A stretch of 64,000 bases of DNA from a virus. How positions within the stretch are numbered: the stretch's first letter is position 1; each line of letters starts with the position of its first letter. The stretch is from the IMG/VR virus record IMGVR_UViG_3300044655_001100, positions 32,187 through 96,186 of that record; one strand, 5' to 3'. The translations under genes and the position numbers were made by a program. Below the pieces are notes generated by a model. It was not told the origin of the DNA and made no database searches. It saw only the letters and a program-made list of their open reading frames with translations. Of the stretch, positions 19,632-28,590 are shown one piece after another.

Positions 19632-20155
19632 GTGTTAAAACAATTACCTGGACGGAAGAAATGGTCTCTTTGTTAAAAGAGAATGCGTCTCAAGGTCTTT
19701 CTGCTTCCGAAATAGCAGCAATTTTAAAAAATCAATTTCATTTGCCTTTCACCAGAAATGCCGTAATTGGCAAGGCTCACCGAATTAAAGTCAAAGTTGG
19801 GCGGCACAAATTAATTGTTACAAAACCGGCGCCGAAGCCTGTACCGAAACCAGCACCTAAAGTTGAAACGGTTGTTGAGGCTAAGGCTCCCAAGAAACCA
19901 GTAAATAAAATTAAATTCATTGTTCCTAAGTCAACAGTTATGCACGAATTTAAAAACCCAAAAGCACTGGGCATCGAATTGCTTTTTTTGAAAGAAGGCC
20001 AATGCCGGTATCCGCTAGGCGATGTTCAAAAGAACAATCTTAGGTTCTGCGCTGCACCAGTAGATTATGGAAGAAGCCAGTCTTACTGCGCTGATTGCTA
20101 TTCTATTGTTTACTGCGCACCAAACTTTCATAAAAAAAGGGCAGCTACCGCTTAG
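19628..20155 (+). CDS. gcrA: GcrA cell-cycle regulator homologue
   Basis: WTEE....L......GLSASEIA......TRNAVIGKAHR; CRYPLGD......FC......YC. Confidence 0.92.
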   Translation: MSVKTITWTEEMVSLLKENASQGLSASEIAAILKNQFHLPFTRNAVIGKAHRIKVKVGRHKLIVTKPAPKPVPKPAPKVETVVEAKAPKKPVNKIKFIVPKSTVMHEFKNPKALGIELLFLKEGQCRYPLGDVQKNNLRFCAAPVDYGRSQSYCADCYSIVYCAPNFHKKRAATA

Positions 20156-20166
20156 TAGCCGCCCCA
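20138..20166. terminator. Hairpin terminator between convergent genes
   Basis: GGGCAGCTAC-CGCTTA-GTAGCCGCCC preceded by an A run. Confidence 0.65.
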
Positions 20167-20177
20167 AGTTAACCTAA

Positions 20178-21536
20178 TTAAAATCCATCCTCATCCTCAT
20201 CATCCCAAAAATTATCTGATTTAGTTTCTTTCAGGAATGATGGGATGTTTTCCTCTGGTTCATTTGTATCAGTTTCTGATACATCATTAGTTTCTGGCGC
20301 CTCTAAACCCCATGCTTCCCAGCCATCTCTTGCTCTTCTGGCATTCAATTCAATTTTGGGAAGGCTAGGAAAATAAGCTTCAATCATCCGGTAAATGCTG
20401 TCTGGCTTTACGCTGTGTTCCTGTACAGGATCGCTGAACACAGACGGGAATTGTGAACCAGGGGCTGGAGAAGGAATCACTCCCTTTACGCCAACCAATA
20501 AAATCTCATGCTGGTTTCTAAACCAGTAACCAGTTCCCATGCGATCTTTAACCCAGACTGCTTGAGACTTGTACGTGAAGCCCCATGATTCCATCACCCG
20601 CAAAGCATCGGGAAGCATTGGAACTGTAGCCCAGAGAAACAAAACAGAATTCCTATCTGCAATATCTCCTATTGGGAGATTGCAAATATCATCTGTTGTT
20701 TGACATGGATAATGATTATCAGCGGATCGATCCATTCCGTTATCGCTGAAGGTTTTAAATTTCCACGGTGGATCAGCCAAAATGATTCCAAACTTGGCAT
20801 CCGGTAGGGATATTTGTTTCTGACCTAGGACACGTTCCTTCTCGGCTCGTTCCTGCTTTTTTACCTCAGCCCTTGCCGATACCTTCTCTCCTCCTCTGGC
20901 CCTTTCAATCAGAGCGGCCTGTACATCCTCAGCCAGCTTCGCCAGTGCGTCTAATTCAACGCCAGCATCCAATGAGGTGCCTACGAGCTCAGCGATATCC
21001 TTGATGCTTTTAACCCGCTTTGCGTCCCGCTCTACTGCTGCAGAGGATCGATTGGTGTCCCTAGCCACGGCTTGGGCTGAGTTGGAATGTTTGGTCTCAG
21101 ATAGTTTCCCCTCAAATTGAGAGGAAATTCCCTCGTCTGATTCGTCCCTTGGACCAGTTTTGAGTCGGTATTTTATTTCTGCGATCTCTTTGAGTCGCGC
21201 AAAGTGCATAGATTGTTGGGCTGCAGTCAGTTCGTGCCGAATCAAATTTTCGCAAAGTTCAATTTGCTCTGCGTCTAGGGCATCTATTCCCTCTAAAACA
21301 GTGGCTTGGATATTTTCCCATTTAAGCCTTTTGGCTGCTTCCAGACGATGGCGCCCAGCAATCAGAACATATCCGTTTTCTTCTGTACGCCGTACGCAGA
21401 TGGGATTTATCAGACCAATATCACCCATAGATGCAGCGAGTCTTTCAACAAGGTCTGGTCTTTTGGGAATATGCCGATCATCAGAAATATGAATTAAAAC
21501 AACACCAATATTCTCAACATTATGTTGATTTGTCAT
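20178..21536 (-). CDS. ParB-like N-domain fused to MT-A70 adenine methyltransferase
   Basis: GLINPI.V......LIAGRHRLEA...ENL.R.EL; ADPPW...HY...LFLWAT...WGF.YK...HSVKP. Confidence 0.9.
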   Translation of the reverse strand: MTNQHNVENIGVVLIHISDDRHIPKRPDLVERLAASMGDIGLINPICVRRTEENGYVLIAGRHRLEAAKRLKWENIQATVLEGIDALDAEQIELCENLIRHELTAAQQSMHFARLKEIAEIKYRLKTGPRDESDEGISSQFEGKLSETKHSNSAQAVARDTNRSSAAVERDAKRVKSIKDIAELVGTSLDAGVELDALAKLAEDVQAALIERARGGEKVSARAEVKKQERAEKERVLGQKQISLPDAKFGIILADPPWKFKTFSDNGMDRSADNHYPCQTTDDICNLPIGDIADRNSVLFLWATVPMLPDALRVMESWGFTYKSQAVWVKDRMGTGYWFRNQHEILLVGVKGVIPSPAPGSQFPSVFSDPVQEHSVKPDSIYRMIEAYFPSLPKIELNARRARDGWEAWGLEAPETNDVSETDTNEPEENIPSFLKETKSDNFWDDEDEDGF

Positions 21537-21722
21537 GCGCCAACTCCTTATTAGGGCGCAGCGTCATAACATGGACTCAAGTATAATTATAGGGAAAAAA
21601 AGCGGCGGCGAGGATGGTTGACATCACTCAGCCGCCAAGATACCTTTGGGGTATCAATTACGGGATTGCCGTCCCTAATTGATGACACTGCGTGAATAAA
21701 AACGATAGATCAGGATTTATCC

Positions 21723-21983
21723 ATGTCACCAACTGACAATAAAAATACCGTCGAGAAGAACAAAAAGCAACCCCCTGTCGATGCACGGGCTGCACATGAA
21801 CTGACGGCTAAGATTCTCAACCATCTCCGCATGTCTGTCCATTACGCCCATCTGGCGGCAGACCATGACGAAATCTTTGATAACTTTGGGTTTGACCGTT
21901 CCGTAGAGCATTTTATCGGCCATGCCAAAGACGTAGCCACCCTCCTCAATAAGTTGAGAAAAACTAGGGGGGTAACGGAATGA
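21723..21983 (+). CDS. Hypothetical protein
   Basis: AGGA RBS; TTGACA-17-TACCTT upstream. Confidence 0.6.
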   Translation: MSPTDNKNTVEKNKKQPPVDARAAHELTAKILNHLRMSVHYAHLAADHDEIFDNFGFDRSVEHFIGHAKDVATLLNKLRKTRGVTE

Positions 21984-22004
21984 AGTAGCTTTATTGTATA
22001 TACA

Positions 22005-22360
22005 CCCCTCACGTAGCAGAGCCTTTTGAGGCCCATAGTAGCAGCGGCAGAACCGTGGCGAATGGGATCAGGTGAGGGAAGCGTCGTAGTATCGGACGTT
22101 AAAACGATGCCGCACGAAGAGACTGAAAAACTACGTCAACGACGTATATTGGCAAGAGGTATACGCTCGTCACCGACAGAGAGATAGCTGCGGTTATGGT
22201 TTGGTAAATGCTGTCCACCAGACCGTTGTTCTTAGATGAGCAACAACCCGCATCCTTGCAGCGTTATGGATGGGACTCAACTCAACCGATTAAAACGCCT
22301 CTACCCCCTTACTAGGGGGGATAGGTGCGTCTGAACAGGATCTAATCTAACCGATTAAAG
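22005..22360 (+). ncRNA. Candidate structured non-coding RNA or replication origin
   Basis: No ORF of 60 aa or more across most of it; about 9 helices, several with G-U pairs on the + strand. Confidence 0.5.
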
Positions 22361-22468
22361 TGATAAAATGGAAAACTTCATACAAATAAAACAGGAAAAT
22401 GAAGCCATCGTAGCAGTCTGGATCTTGGGCGCCGTATGCGGGATATTATTATATTGGTGGAATTCTAG

Positions 22469-22954
22469 ATGAGAGTAATAACGCTAAGTCCTAAAGAATG
22501 CGCTTGGGGAATTGAGGTGGGTTACAAACGTATGTTTGAAAGCCCAAAGCAAGGGTATAAGGACAGTAGAGAATTAGCGGATGCCCCGGTAAGAACTAAA
22601 ATCTGGATTGACGTTAATGGCGCCTGTGGTGAACTGGCTGCTTGCCTGGCACTAAATGTTGATTGGTCTGCCTCAGTTAACACTCCCGATGACCCAGATA
22701 TAGTTATTGGTGAAAATAAAATAGATGTTAAAACCGCTGATAGGCATGGTAAAAGATTATTGATCCCAGATCATAATATAAATAAGCGATTGGATTGGTG
22801 GTATCTTCATGTTACTGGATGCATACCAACGTATCATGTATGGGGCGCCATAAAGGTTACAGATGCATTTGAAGTAGGCAGTTATGAAGACCCAGACGGA
22901 AGAGGATGGGCTTCTTTCGTTGACAAAGTTGATTTAACTAAGAAATTCACGTGA
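22469..22954 (+). CDS. PD-(D/E)XK-like protein
   Basis: G..GELA......PDI......IDVKT. Confidence 0.55.
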   Translation: MRVITLSPKECAWGIEVGYKRMFESPKQGYKDSRELADAPVRTKIWIDVNGACGELAACLALNVDWSASVNTPDDPDIVIGENKIDVKTADRHGKRLLIPDHNINKRLDWWYLHVTGCIPTYHVWGAIKVTDAFEVGSYEDPDGRGWASFVDKVDLTKKFT

Positions 22955-23382
22955 GAAATAAAATGGACGAAGAAAAAATTGAATCCGTAACATTTTATAA
23001 ACAGTCTTATTATTCTACGCAAATATTTGAAAAGAATAATGCTGTTGGCTCGTTGATGAAAATATCTTTACCAAGGGTTAAGTTTCTTGAAAAGGATGGA
23101 GAATATCGTCCGGCATGGGCTGTAGAAAAAGATAAGCCAAAAACAGTCATTCCCCCAGATGCGCCAGCCGCACAACATCGTGCTTTTAAAAAAGAAACTC
23201 GTAGAAAGTTAATGTACAAGCGTGGTGGCTATCCAATTACGCCGTTAGAACAAAAAGTATTTGATTTATTTGAACAAGGTCTTAGCTTAGCAGATGTATG
23301 CGAACAGACACGTAAAACACCGTCTACAGTCAGCGGTGCTTACAAAAGATATCAGATAAAAATACTAGCCAATAAAAAGTAA
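22951..23382 (+). CDS. Protein with C-terminal HTH
   Basis: TP.EQKVF.L..QGLS..DV.......STV. Confidence 0.55.
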   Translation: MRNKMDEEKIESVTFYKQSYYSTQIFEKNNAVGSLMKISLPRVKFLEKDGEYRPAWAVEKDKPKTVIPPDAPAAQHRAFKKETRRKLMYKRGGYPITPLEQKVFDLFEQGLSLADVCEQTRKTPSTVSGAYKRYQIKILANKK

Positions 23383-23427
23383 ATCTGATAAGCTGCCCCC
23401 CGTTAACACAAACAATCGGGGTCACAG

Positions 23428-24006
23428 ATGAAAGTATTAACAAAGCCGCGAGAATTGGTATCTATTGATATAATTAAAGAATTTCTAGATTATAATGATA
23501 ATACAGGGAAGCTGTATTGGAAAGTAAGAGATATTAAGTATTTTAATGATGGTGAGAGAAAAGCTAATGCATGTTCTATATGGAATTCTAGATATTCTGG
23601 GAAAGAGGCTGGATGCATAGATGGCAGTAACAGAATTATTATAAGAATATTTAAAAATACATTTTTTGCTCATAGGCTTGCCTTTATTATTATGAAAGGG
23701 AGAGAACCAATTGAGCAAATAGATCACATTAATGGTGATTCTTTAGACAATAGATGGTGTAATCTTAGAGAATGTTTTGATTATGAAAATAAGCAAAATT
23801 TAACTTTGCGGTCAGATAGTTCTACAAAAGTTCAAGGTGTATATTTTCACAAAAAACGTACAAAAAATCCTTACGAATCTAGAATTAGATTGCGCGGCAA
23901 ATCTTATCATCTAGGTATGTTTAAAACATCTGAAGAAGCAGATAAGGCATACTTAAAAGCAAAACAAAAATTACATACCTTCCAACCAACTCCAAGGGAG
24001 GGTTGA
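23428..24006 (+). CDS. HNH homing endonuclease (AP2-like C-terminus)
   Basis: AHRLAF, IDHINGDSLDNRWCNLRE, HLG.F.T.EEA..AY. Confidence 0.9.
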   Translation: MKVLTKPRELVSIDIIKEFLDYNDNTGKLYWKVRDIKYFNDGERKANACSIWNSRYSGKEAGCIDGSNRIIIRIFKNTFFAHRLAFIIMKGREPIEQIDHINGDSLDNRWCNLRECFDYENKQNLTLRSDSSTKVQGVYFHKKRTKNPYESRIRLRGKSYHLGMFKTSEEADKAYLKAKQKLHTFQPTPREG

Positions 24007-24010
24007 TATT

Positions 24011-25519
24011 ATGAAACAACTTCGTCCATATCAAACACAAGCTGTTAAAGAATTTTGGAACGTTTTTGATAAAGGAGAAAAACTTGTATTTGCTGCCCCC
24101 ACAGGTGCTGGGAAAACTCGCGTTGCAGCCGAAATATTTTCCGTTGCAAGAGAGCGTGGTCTTAGATGCGCTTTTACTGTTCCATTCCTTTCATTGATAG
24201 ATCAAACATGGGATGCTTTTGCTCACGTTGGGATCAGTGAGCGTGATATGTCAATTATTCAGGCTGATAATCCTTTTTGTGACTATTCAAAAAATGTCCA
24301 AATATGTTCGGCTGACACGCTTGTCCGCAGGAAAAATTTACCTGAAGTTGACGTTGTAATTTTTGATGAAGCTCATAGGCAATCTAAAATTTATAAAAGA
24401 TGGATGGATGAATATCCTAATGTTAAATTTTTGGCTATGTCAGCAACCCCGTGGGCCAAAGGCATGGCAGAGATCTGGGATAGATTGATTATAGTCAGTA
24501 CAACAAGGGAATTAATAGAGCAGAAATATTTATGCGATTATAAATATTACGCTCCCACGAGTCCTGATCTTACTGGCGTTAGAATTATTGCAGGCGACTA
24601 CCATGAAGGAGAATTGGGTAGCGCCATGAACAAGCCAGAGTTGATCGCAGATATCGTAAAAACATGGAAAGAAAAAGCAGAGAATCGCCCTACTTTATGC
24701 TTTTGTGTGACGAGAGAACATGCAAGAGAAGTTCAATCGCAGTTTTTAGAGAATGGCGTGGCTGCAGGCTATTGCGATGCTTATACCAGTGTAAGTGATC
24801 GCAAGGAATTAATTGATCAGCTTAAAACTGGTCAATTAAAGATTGTCGTTAATATTGGTACTTTAACTACAGGACTTGATGCTCCATTTTTAAGTTGTAT
24901 CATTTTGGCTAGGCCAACTAAAAGTGAAATGTTATTTTTGCAAATTGTTGGTAGAGGTTTGCGCACTCATGGGTCTAAAGATCATTGTTTAATTCTTGAT
25001 CATTCAGATACCGGGTTAAATCTTGGATTGCCTTGCACCATTCATTACACTGATTTGAAATCTGGAAAGATATCAAAGGAAGCTAAGGCGGCAGCTAAAG
25101 AAGCAGCTAAGGAAAAAAATACAAAACCTCATAAGTGCATTTCTTGCAATCACGTACATGATCGTTCGCTTATGGTCTGCCCCAGCTGTGGTCATATCCG
25201 CAAACGCATCAGCGATGTTATTATGCGTGAAGGATATTTGTCTCAACTAGATCGTGACGGTAGCCAGAAAGCAATCATTGGCGTTGACAGAGCTATAAGA
25301 CAAGATTGGTATAGTGGTCTTTTATATATCTGTATGGAACGGGGGTATGCCCAAGGCTGGGCTGCGCACAAATGGAAGGAAAAATTTGGTGGATTCCCCG
25401 ATAACTATAACAAGATTGCTAAGCCTCCTTCAAATGCTGTTCGCAGTTGGGTACGTTCTCGTCAGATTGCCTATGCTAAGGCTAAACAAAAGCAAACCGC
25501 ACAGGGTATCACATTCTGA
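24011..25519 (+). CDS. Superfamily II helicase with C-terminal Zn ribbon
   Basis: LRPYQ, PTGAGKT, DEAH, SATP, TGLD.P, QIVGRGLR, C..C...C..CG. Confidence 0.93.
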   Translation: MKQLRPYQTQAVKEFWNVFDKGEKLVFAAPTGAGKTRVAAEIFSVARERGLRCAFTVPFLSLIDQTWDAFAHVGISERDMSIIQADNPFCDYSKNVQICSADTLVRRKNLPEVDVVIFDEAHRQSKIYKRWMDEYPNVKFLAMSATPWAKGMAEIWDRLIIVSTTRELIEQKYLCDYKYYAPTSPDLTGVRIIAGDYHEGELGSAMNKPELIADIVKTWKEKAENRPTLCFCVTREHAREVQSQFLENGVAAGYCDAYTSVSDRKELIDQLKTGQLKIVVNIGTLTTGLDAPFLSCIILARPTKSEMLFLQIVGRGLRTHGSKDHCLILDHSDTGLNLGLPCTIHYTDLKSGKISKEAKAAAKEAAKEKNTKPHKCISCNHVHDRSLMVCPSCGHIRKRISDVIMREGYLSQLDRDGSQKAIIGVDRAIRQDWYSGLLYICMERGYAQGWAAHKWKEKFGGFPDNYNKIAKPPSNAVRSWVRSRQIAYAKAKQKQTAQGITF

Positions 25520-25583
25520 TCTGTGATTGTATTGTAAATATAAGCCTCTTTCCTGTATATTGCGTTAAATCACGATTTATGGG

Positions 25584-26123
25584 ATGGGGGCTTCATTGGC
25601 TAGGGCTGGGCGCAAGCGTAAAATAAATGTTGAGCGCTATCCTAGTGGCGAGGCTAAACCCTCAAATGAGGTTAGCCCTGTTGCTATAAAGAGATTAATT
25701 ATGGCTGCTACTGCACGTATGGCTGATCCAGAGTGGGGATCGGTGATAGGCCGGTATTTTTTAACTGGGCAGATAACGCAATCACAATATGAAGCAGCTA
25801 AAAAGTTTGGCGCCCTAGCCGAATCATATGACCGCATGATGCAGGGTCCTAAGCCTCCAGCCCAGTGTATGGGGGAGAGAATTGTCAGTGCTCAAATTGA
25901 TCCCTTCTCAGAAGCGGGTGAAGCAGAGGTTGAGCGCCATAAGGTAGTATCGGATAGCTTTGAAAAGATCCGTGGCATTGTGGGCAACCATTTATTGTTT
26001 GATGAGATGCGCCGGGTATGTGGTGGGGTTGGAGAGCTTCCAGAAAACTATGCTCGTTTTCTTATGATTAAAGCCGCTTTAGATAGCCTTGTTATCTTCT
26101 GGAAGATTGACTCAAAAAAGTAA
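25584..26123 (+). CDS. Hypothetical protein (possible late transcription regulator)
   Basis: Last gene of the rightward operon; function inferred from position only. Confidence 0.5.
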   Translation: MGASLARAGRKRKINVERYPSGEAKPSNEVSPVAIKRLIMAATARMADPEWGSVIGRYFLTGQITQSQYEAAKKFGALAESYDRMMQGPKPPAQCMGERIVSAQIDPFSEAGEAEVERHKVVSDSFEKIRGIVGNHLLFDEMRRVCGGVGELPENYARFLMIKAALDSLVIFWKIDSKK

Positions 26124-26200
26124 TTGATTTAAGTCAAGTGTGTCTTCCCCCTTGGAAGATTAACCTCCCACTTAGCCGCTCCTCCCAGAGCGGCCTTTTT

Positions 26201-27505
26201 TCACATAATTGCTTTGATCACCTCTGCCGCCAATTGCGGTACGATAGCATTGCCTAGGGCTTTTAGCTTTGCGGCTCTTGCTTCTGCTTTCGTGATGAGG
26301 AGCGGGATGGAGGGGCGCAATCCATCCATTCCTTCGGGAACCCCATGAGCCAAGCCACAAAGTCCGGATTGAGGGAACCACGGGGCTCGTCTGGTTTTTC
26401 CGTCGGCTCCTGTGATCCAGATTGAATCTCTCCAATATGAAGAGACGCTATTGTTGAAACAGTAGCTCCTCGGTTTTGTCCCAGCCAAGAGCTCCCCGCT
26501 TCTGCTATGCTCTGAGCATTCGATGGGCCTTGATGGTTCTCGTTCGCTCTTGGTGTCGGCCAGGGAGCCGTATGTTGGTAGATCTCCTCTGATAGATATC
26601 CTGTCGTCCTGCCTGTCGCTGCTCTGGACGGACGTAATCCCTTCCGGTCCGCTGCGTCCGATGTTGTTGGTGTCGGCCATGTCGCTGCAGTCAGTAGCGC
26701 TGCTTCCGATAGATTCTTCTGTCTGCCCTGATCCCATCGTTTCAGAGCTTTCTGTGGATCGCTGTATTCCCCGCCGCCCTTCTCTCTGCAATTCGGTGTC
26801 GGCCATGTCGAATGAATTGCTACTTGCTGGCCCAGTGTCGCTGTTTCCGGCCTCAACATTCGACTGGGAGGTATTGACGATCCGTCTTTCCAATCCCTCG
26901 CTCTGGGCGTTGTCCAGGTTCCTGCCTGAAAGCTCAAAGCCGATCCCCCTTGAGCATATTTCTTTTTTCTCATTCCCTTGTCGTCTGCGCATGGTGTTGT
27001 CCATGCTAACCCAATAGAGTCTCTCTCTGATGTGAGGCGCATTGACCGAACATGCGCTAAGATTAAACGCTTGGCAGGAGTAGTCTTGACTTTCCAGATC
27101 ATCGAAAACTCCATCGAGCCAATTGAGCCCAGCTGCGCCACCAACTTGCTCTCCGATGGCGACAGGCGGTCTACATGCACTGATGAGTCTATAAAGGTGA
27201 GGCCAAAGATGCCGCTCATCGGCTTCCCCTTTCCCTTTCCCTGCAACGGAGAAAGGCTGACAGGGGCAGCTTCCTGACCAGATTTCCCGGTCCGATGGGA
27301 ATCCTGCGAGTTTAAGGGCAAGTGGAAAGCCGGCGATTCCACAGAAGAAATGGGCTTGGACAAATCCTCTGACATCATCAGGCTGAATAAGCTGAATTGG
27401 TCGGCTGTCGATTTCACCATCTGGTATTAACCCCTTTTTAATAAGATTTTTTATCCATTCTATGCAGTATGGTTCAATCTCATTATAAAAATTCCATTTT
27501 TTCAT
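26201..27505 (-). CDS. Permuted C5 cytosine methyltransferase, alpha chain with long low-complexity insert
   Basis: YNEIEP, HFFCGIAG, SCPCQPFS, EQV, HIRERLYWV, LKALGNAIVPQ. Confidence 0.9.
   Translation of the reverse strand: MKKWNFYNEIEPYCIEWIKNLIKKGLIPDGEIDSRPIQLIQPDDVRGFVQAHFFCGIAGFPLALKLAGFPSDREIWSGSCPCQPFSVAGKGKGEADERHLWPHLYRLISACRPPVAIGEQVGGAAGLNWLDGVFDDLESQDYSCQAFNLSACSVNAPHIRERLYWVSMDNTMRRRQGNEKKEICSRGIGFELSGRNLDNAQSEGLERRIVNTSQSNVEAGNSDTGPASSNSFDMADTELQREGRRGIQRSTESSETMGSGQTEESIGSSATDCSDMADTNNIGRSGPEGITSVQSSDRQDDRISIRGDLPTYGSLADTKSEREPSRPIECSEHSRSGELLAGTKPRSYCFNNSVSSYWRDSIWITGADGKTRRAPWFPQSGLCGLAHGVPEGMDGLRPSIPLLITKAEARAAKLKALGNAIVPQLAAEVIKAIM
26263..27420 (-). CDS. C5 methyltransferase beta chain (alternative frame) with five W(P/T)TP modules
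   Basis: Five W[PT]TP units followed by LNPDFVAWLMGFPKEW. Confidence 0.8.
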   Translation of the reverse strand: MVKSTADQFSLFSLMMSEDLSKPISSVESPAFHLPLNSQDSHRTGKSGQEAAPVSLSPLQGKGKGKPMSGIFGLTFIDSSVHVDRLSPSESKLVAQLGSIGSMEFSMIWKVKTTPAKRLILAHVRSMRLTSERDSIGLAWTTPCADDKGMRKKKYAQGGSALSFQAGTWTTPRARDWKDGSSIPPSRMLRPETATLGQQVAIHSTWPTPNCREKGGGEYSDPQKALKRWDQGRQKNLSEAALLTAATWPTPTTSDAADRKGLRPSRAATGRTTGYLSEEIYQHTAPWPTPRANENHQGPSNAQSIAEAGSSWLGQNRGATVSTIASLHIGEIQSGSQEPTEKPDEPRGSLNPDFVAWLMGFPKEWMDCAPPSRSSSRKQKQEPQS

Positions 27506-28023
27506 TTTTTGTTTCTCTGAAAATTATATGATTTAATTATCCAATCCTTAAAGTTTTGTATAGGCATATCATTTTTTGCTCTGTTACAAATCATGCAACA
27601 AGAAACACAGTTATTTTTGTCATATCCATCTGTATTTACTACTCTATCAACTCCTTTTGAGGGATTTGTACCACAATAATGGCACTCACCCCAAAAAAAA
27701 TGTTCAAATTCTTCTTTTGTAATATTCCATAAATAATTTCTTTTTTCAGCGCTTTTTCTATAATTATAAAATGCTTCATTGATAATAACTGTATCTTTTG
27801 ACATACGTTCTCTTCCTACCCATGCCAATTTACGAGAGCAGGATGCACATGAGAAAACATTTCCCAATGCTAGTTTACTAAACCTTACTTTCCTTAGATT
27901 TCCGCAATTACATCTGCACAGTGCTATTGGAGCATTAGATTTTGATCCATCGTAACATTCAATTACTCTTAACTTACCAAACATCATTCCTAGTTTTATG
28001 TCGTTCTTTATTCCTCTAGCCAT
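27502..28023 (-). CDS. HNH endonuclease
   Basis: FGKL.V...CRCNCG; CHYCG....GVDRV....GY...NCVSCC..CN.AK. Confidence 0.88.
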   Translation of the reverse strand: MARGIKNDIKLGMMFGKLRVIECYDGSKSNAPIALCRCNCGNLRKVRFSKLALGNVFSCASCSRKLAWVGRERMSKDTVIINEAFYNYRKSAEKRNYLWNITKEEFEHFFWGECHYCGTNPSKGVDRVVNTDGYDKNNCVSCCMICNRAKNDMPIQNFKDWIIKSYNFQRNKK

Positions 28024-28032
28024 AGTAATTAC

Positions 28033-28233
28033 TCATTCGAGATCTTCGTCTTCTTCATTTTCCAATTCTGATGCTGTTGGTATTAAATTTGCCCTACAAT
28101 ATGCACTCTCAATTGTGTCCAAAACCGTGCAAAGCATACTGAAATTAGCGTCCAAATTATAAGAACTAATTTTTATTGTTGCTGTTAGTTCTTTGATTGC
28201 GTCCAAAAGTGCGTCAAATTGCTTATCATTCAT
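28033..28233 (-). CDS. Hypothetical protein
   Basis: ORF in operon context. Confidence 0.55.
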   Translation of the reverse strand: MNDKQFDALLDAIKELTATIKISSYNLDANFSMLCTVLDTIESAYCRANLIPTASELENEEDEDLE

Positions 28234-28305
28234 TTTCTCAATTCCCTTACTAGTTTAGGCAATCTGCCTCTTGCTTCTTTACTGACACAAACTTTTATTA
28301 TTCAT

Positions 28306-28590
28306 TCAATCTAATAAATCTATTATAACTTTTTTCAGTTTTTCTATTTCCTTTTTTAAATTTTCAATCTCCAAATCATTATTTGTTTTGGTAATTTCAA
28401 ACAATAATTCTTGCGGTTTTACGCCAAGGTGGGGTGCAATTTTATTAGCCCATTCAGGCGTCATCTTGCGTCCTCCTTTTTCTGGCCAGGTTACAAGACG
28501 CCAAATTTCAACAGGTGCGCATCCTATCAATTTAGCAAGGCGAGGATTATTTAAACCTGCATCTGCCATCGCTTTTTTAAGATGAATCAT
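28306..28590 (-). CDS. XRE/Cro-C1 HTH regulator
   Basis: GL....LA.LIG.....I.RL......RKMT.EWA.KIA..LGV.P.ELL. Confidence 0.8.
   Translation of the reverse strand: MIHLKKAMADAGLNNPRLAKLIGCAPVEIWRLVTWPEKGGRKMTPEWANKIAPHLGVKPQELLFEITKTNNDLEIENLKKEIEKLKKVIIDLLD

Noticed and set aside
26523-27017. Antisense 164-aa ORF as a third coding frame
   Set aside because: No motif or RBS; expected by-product of two constrained frames
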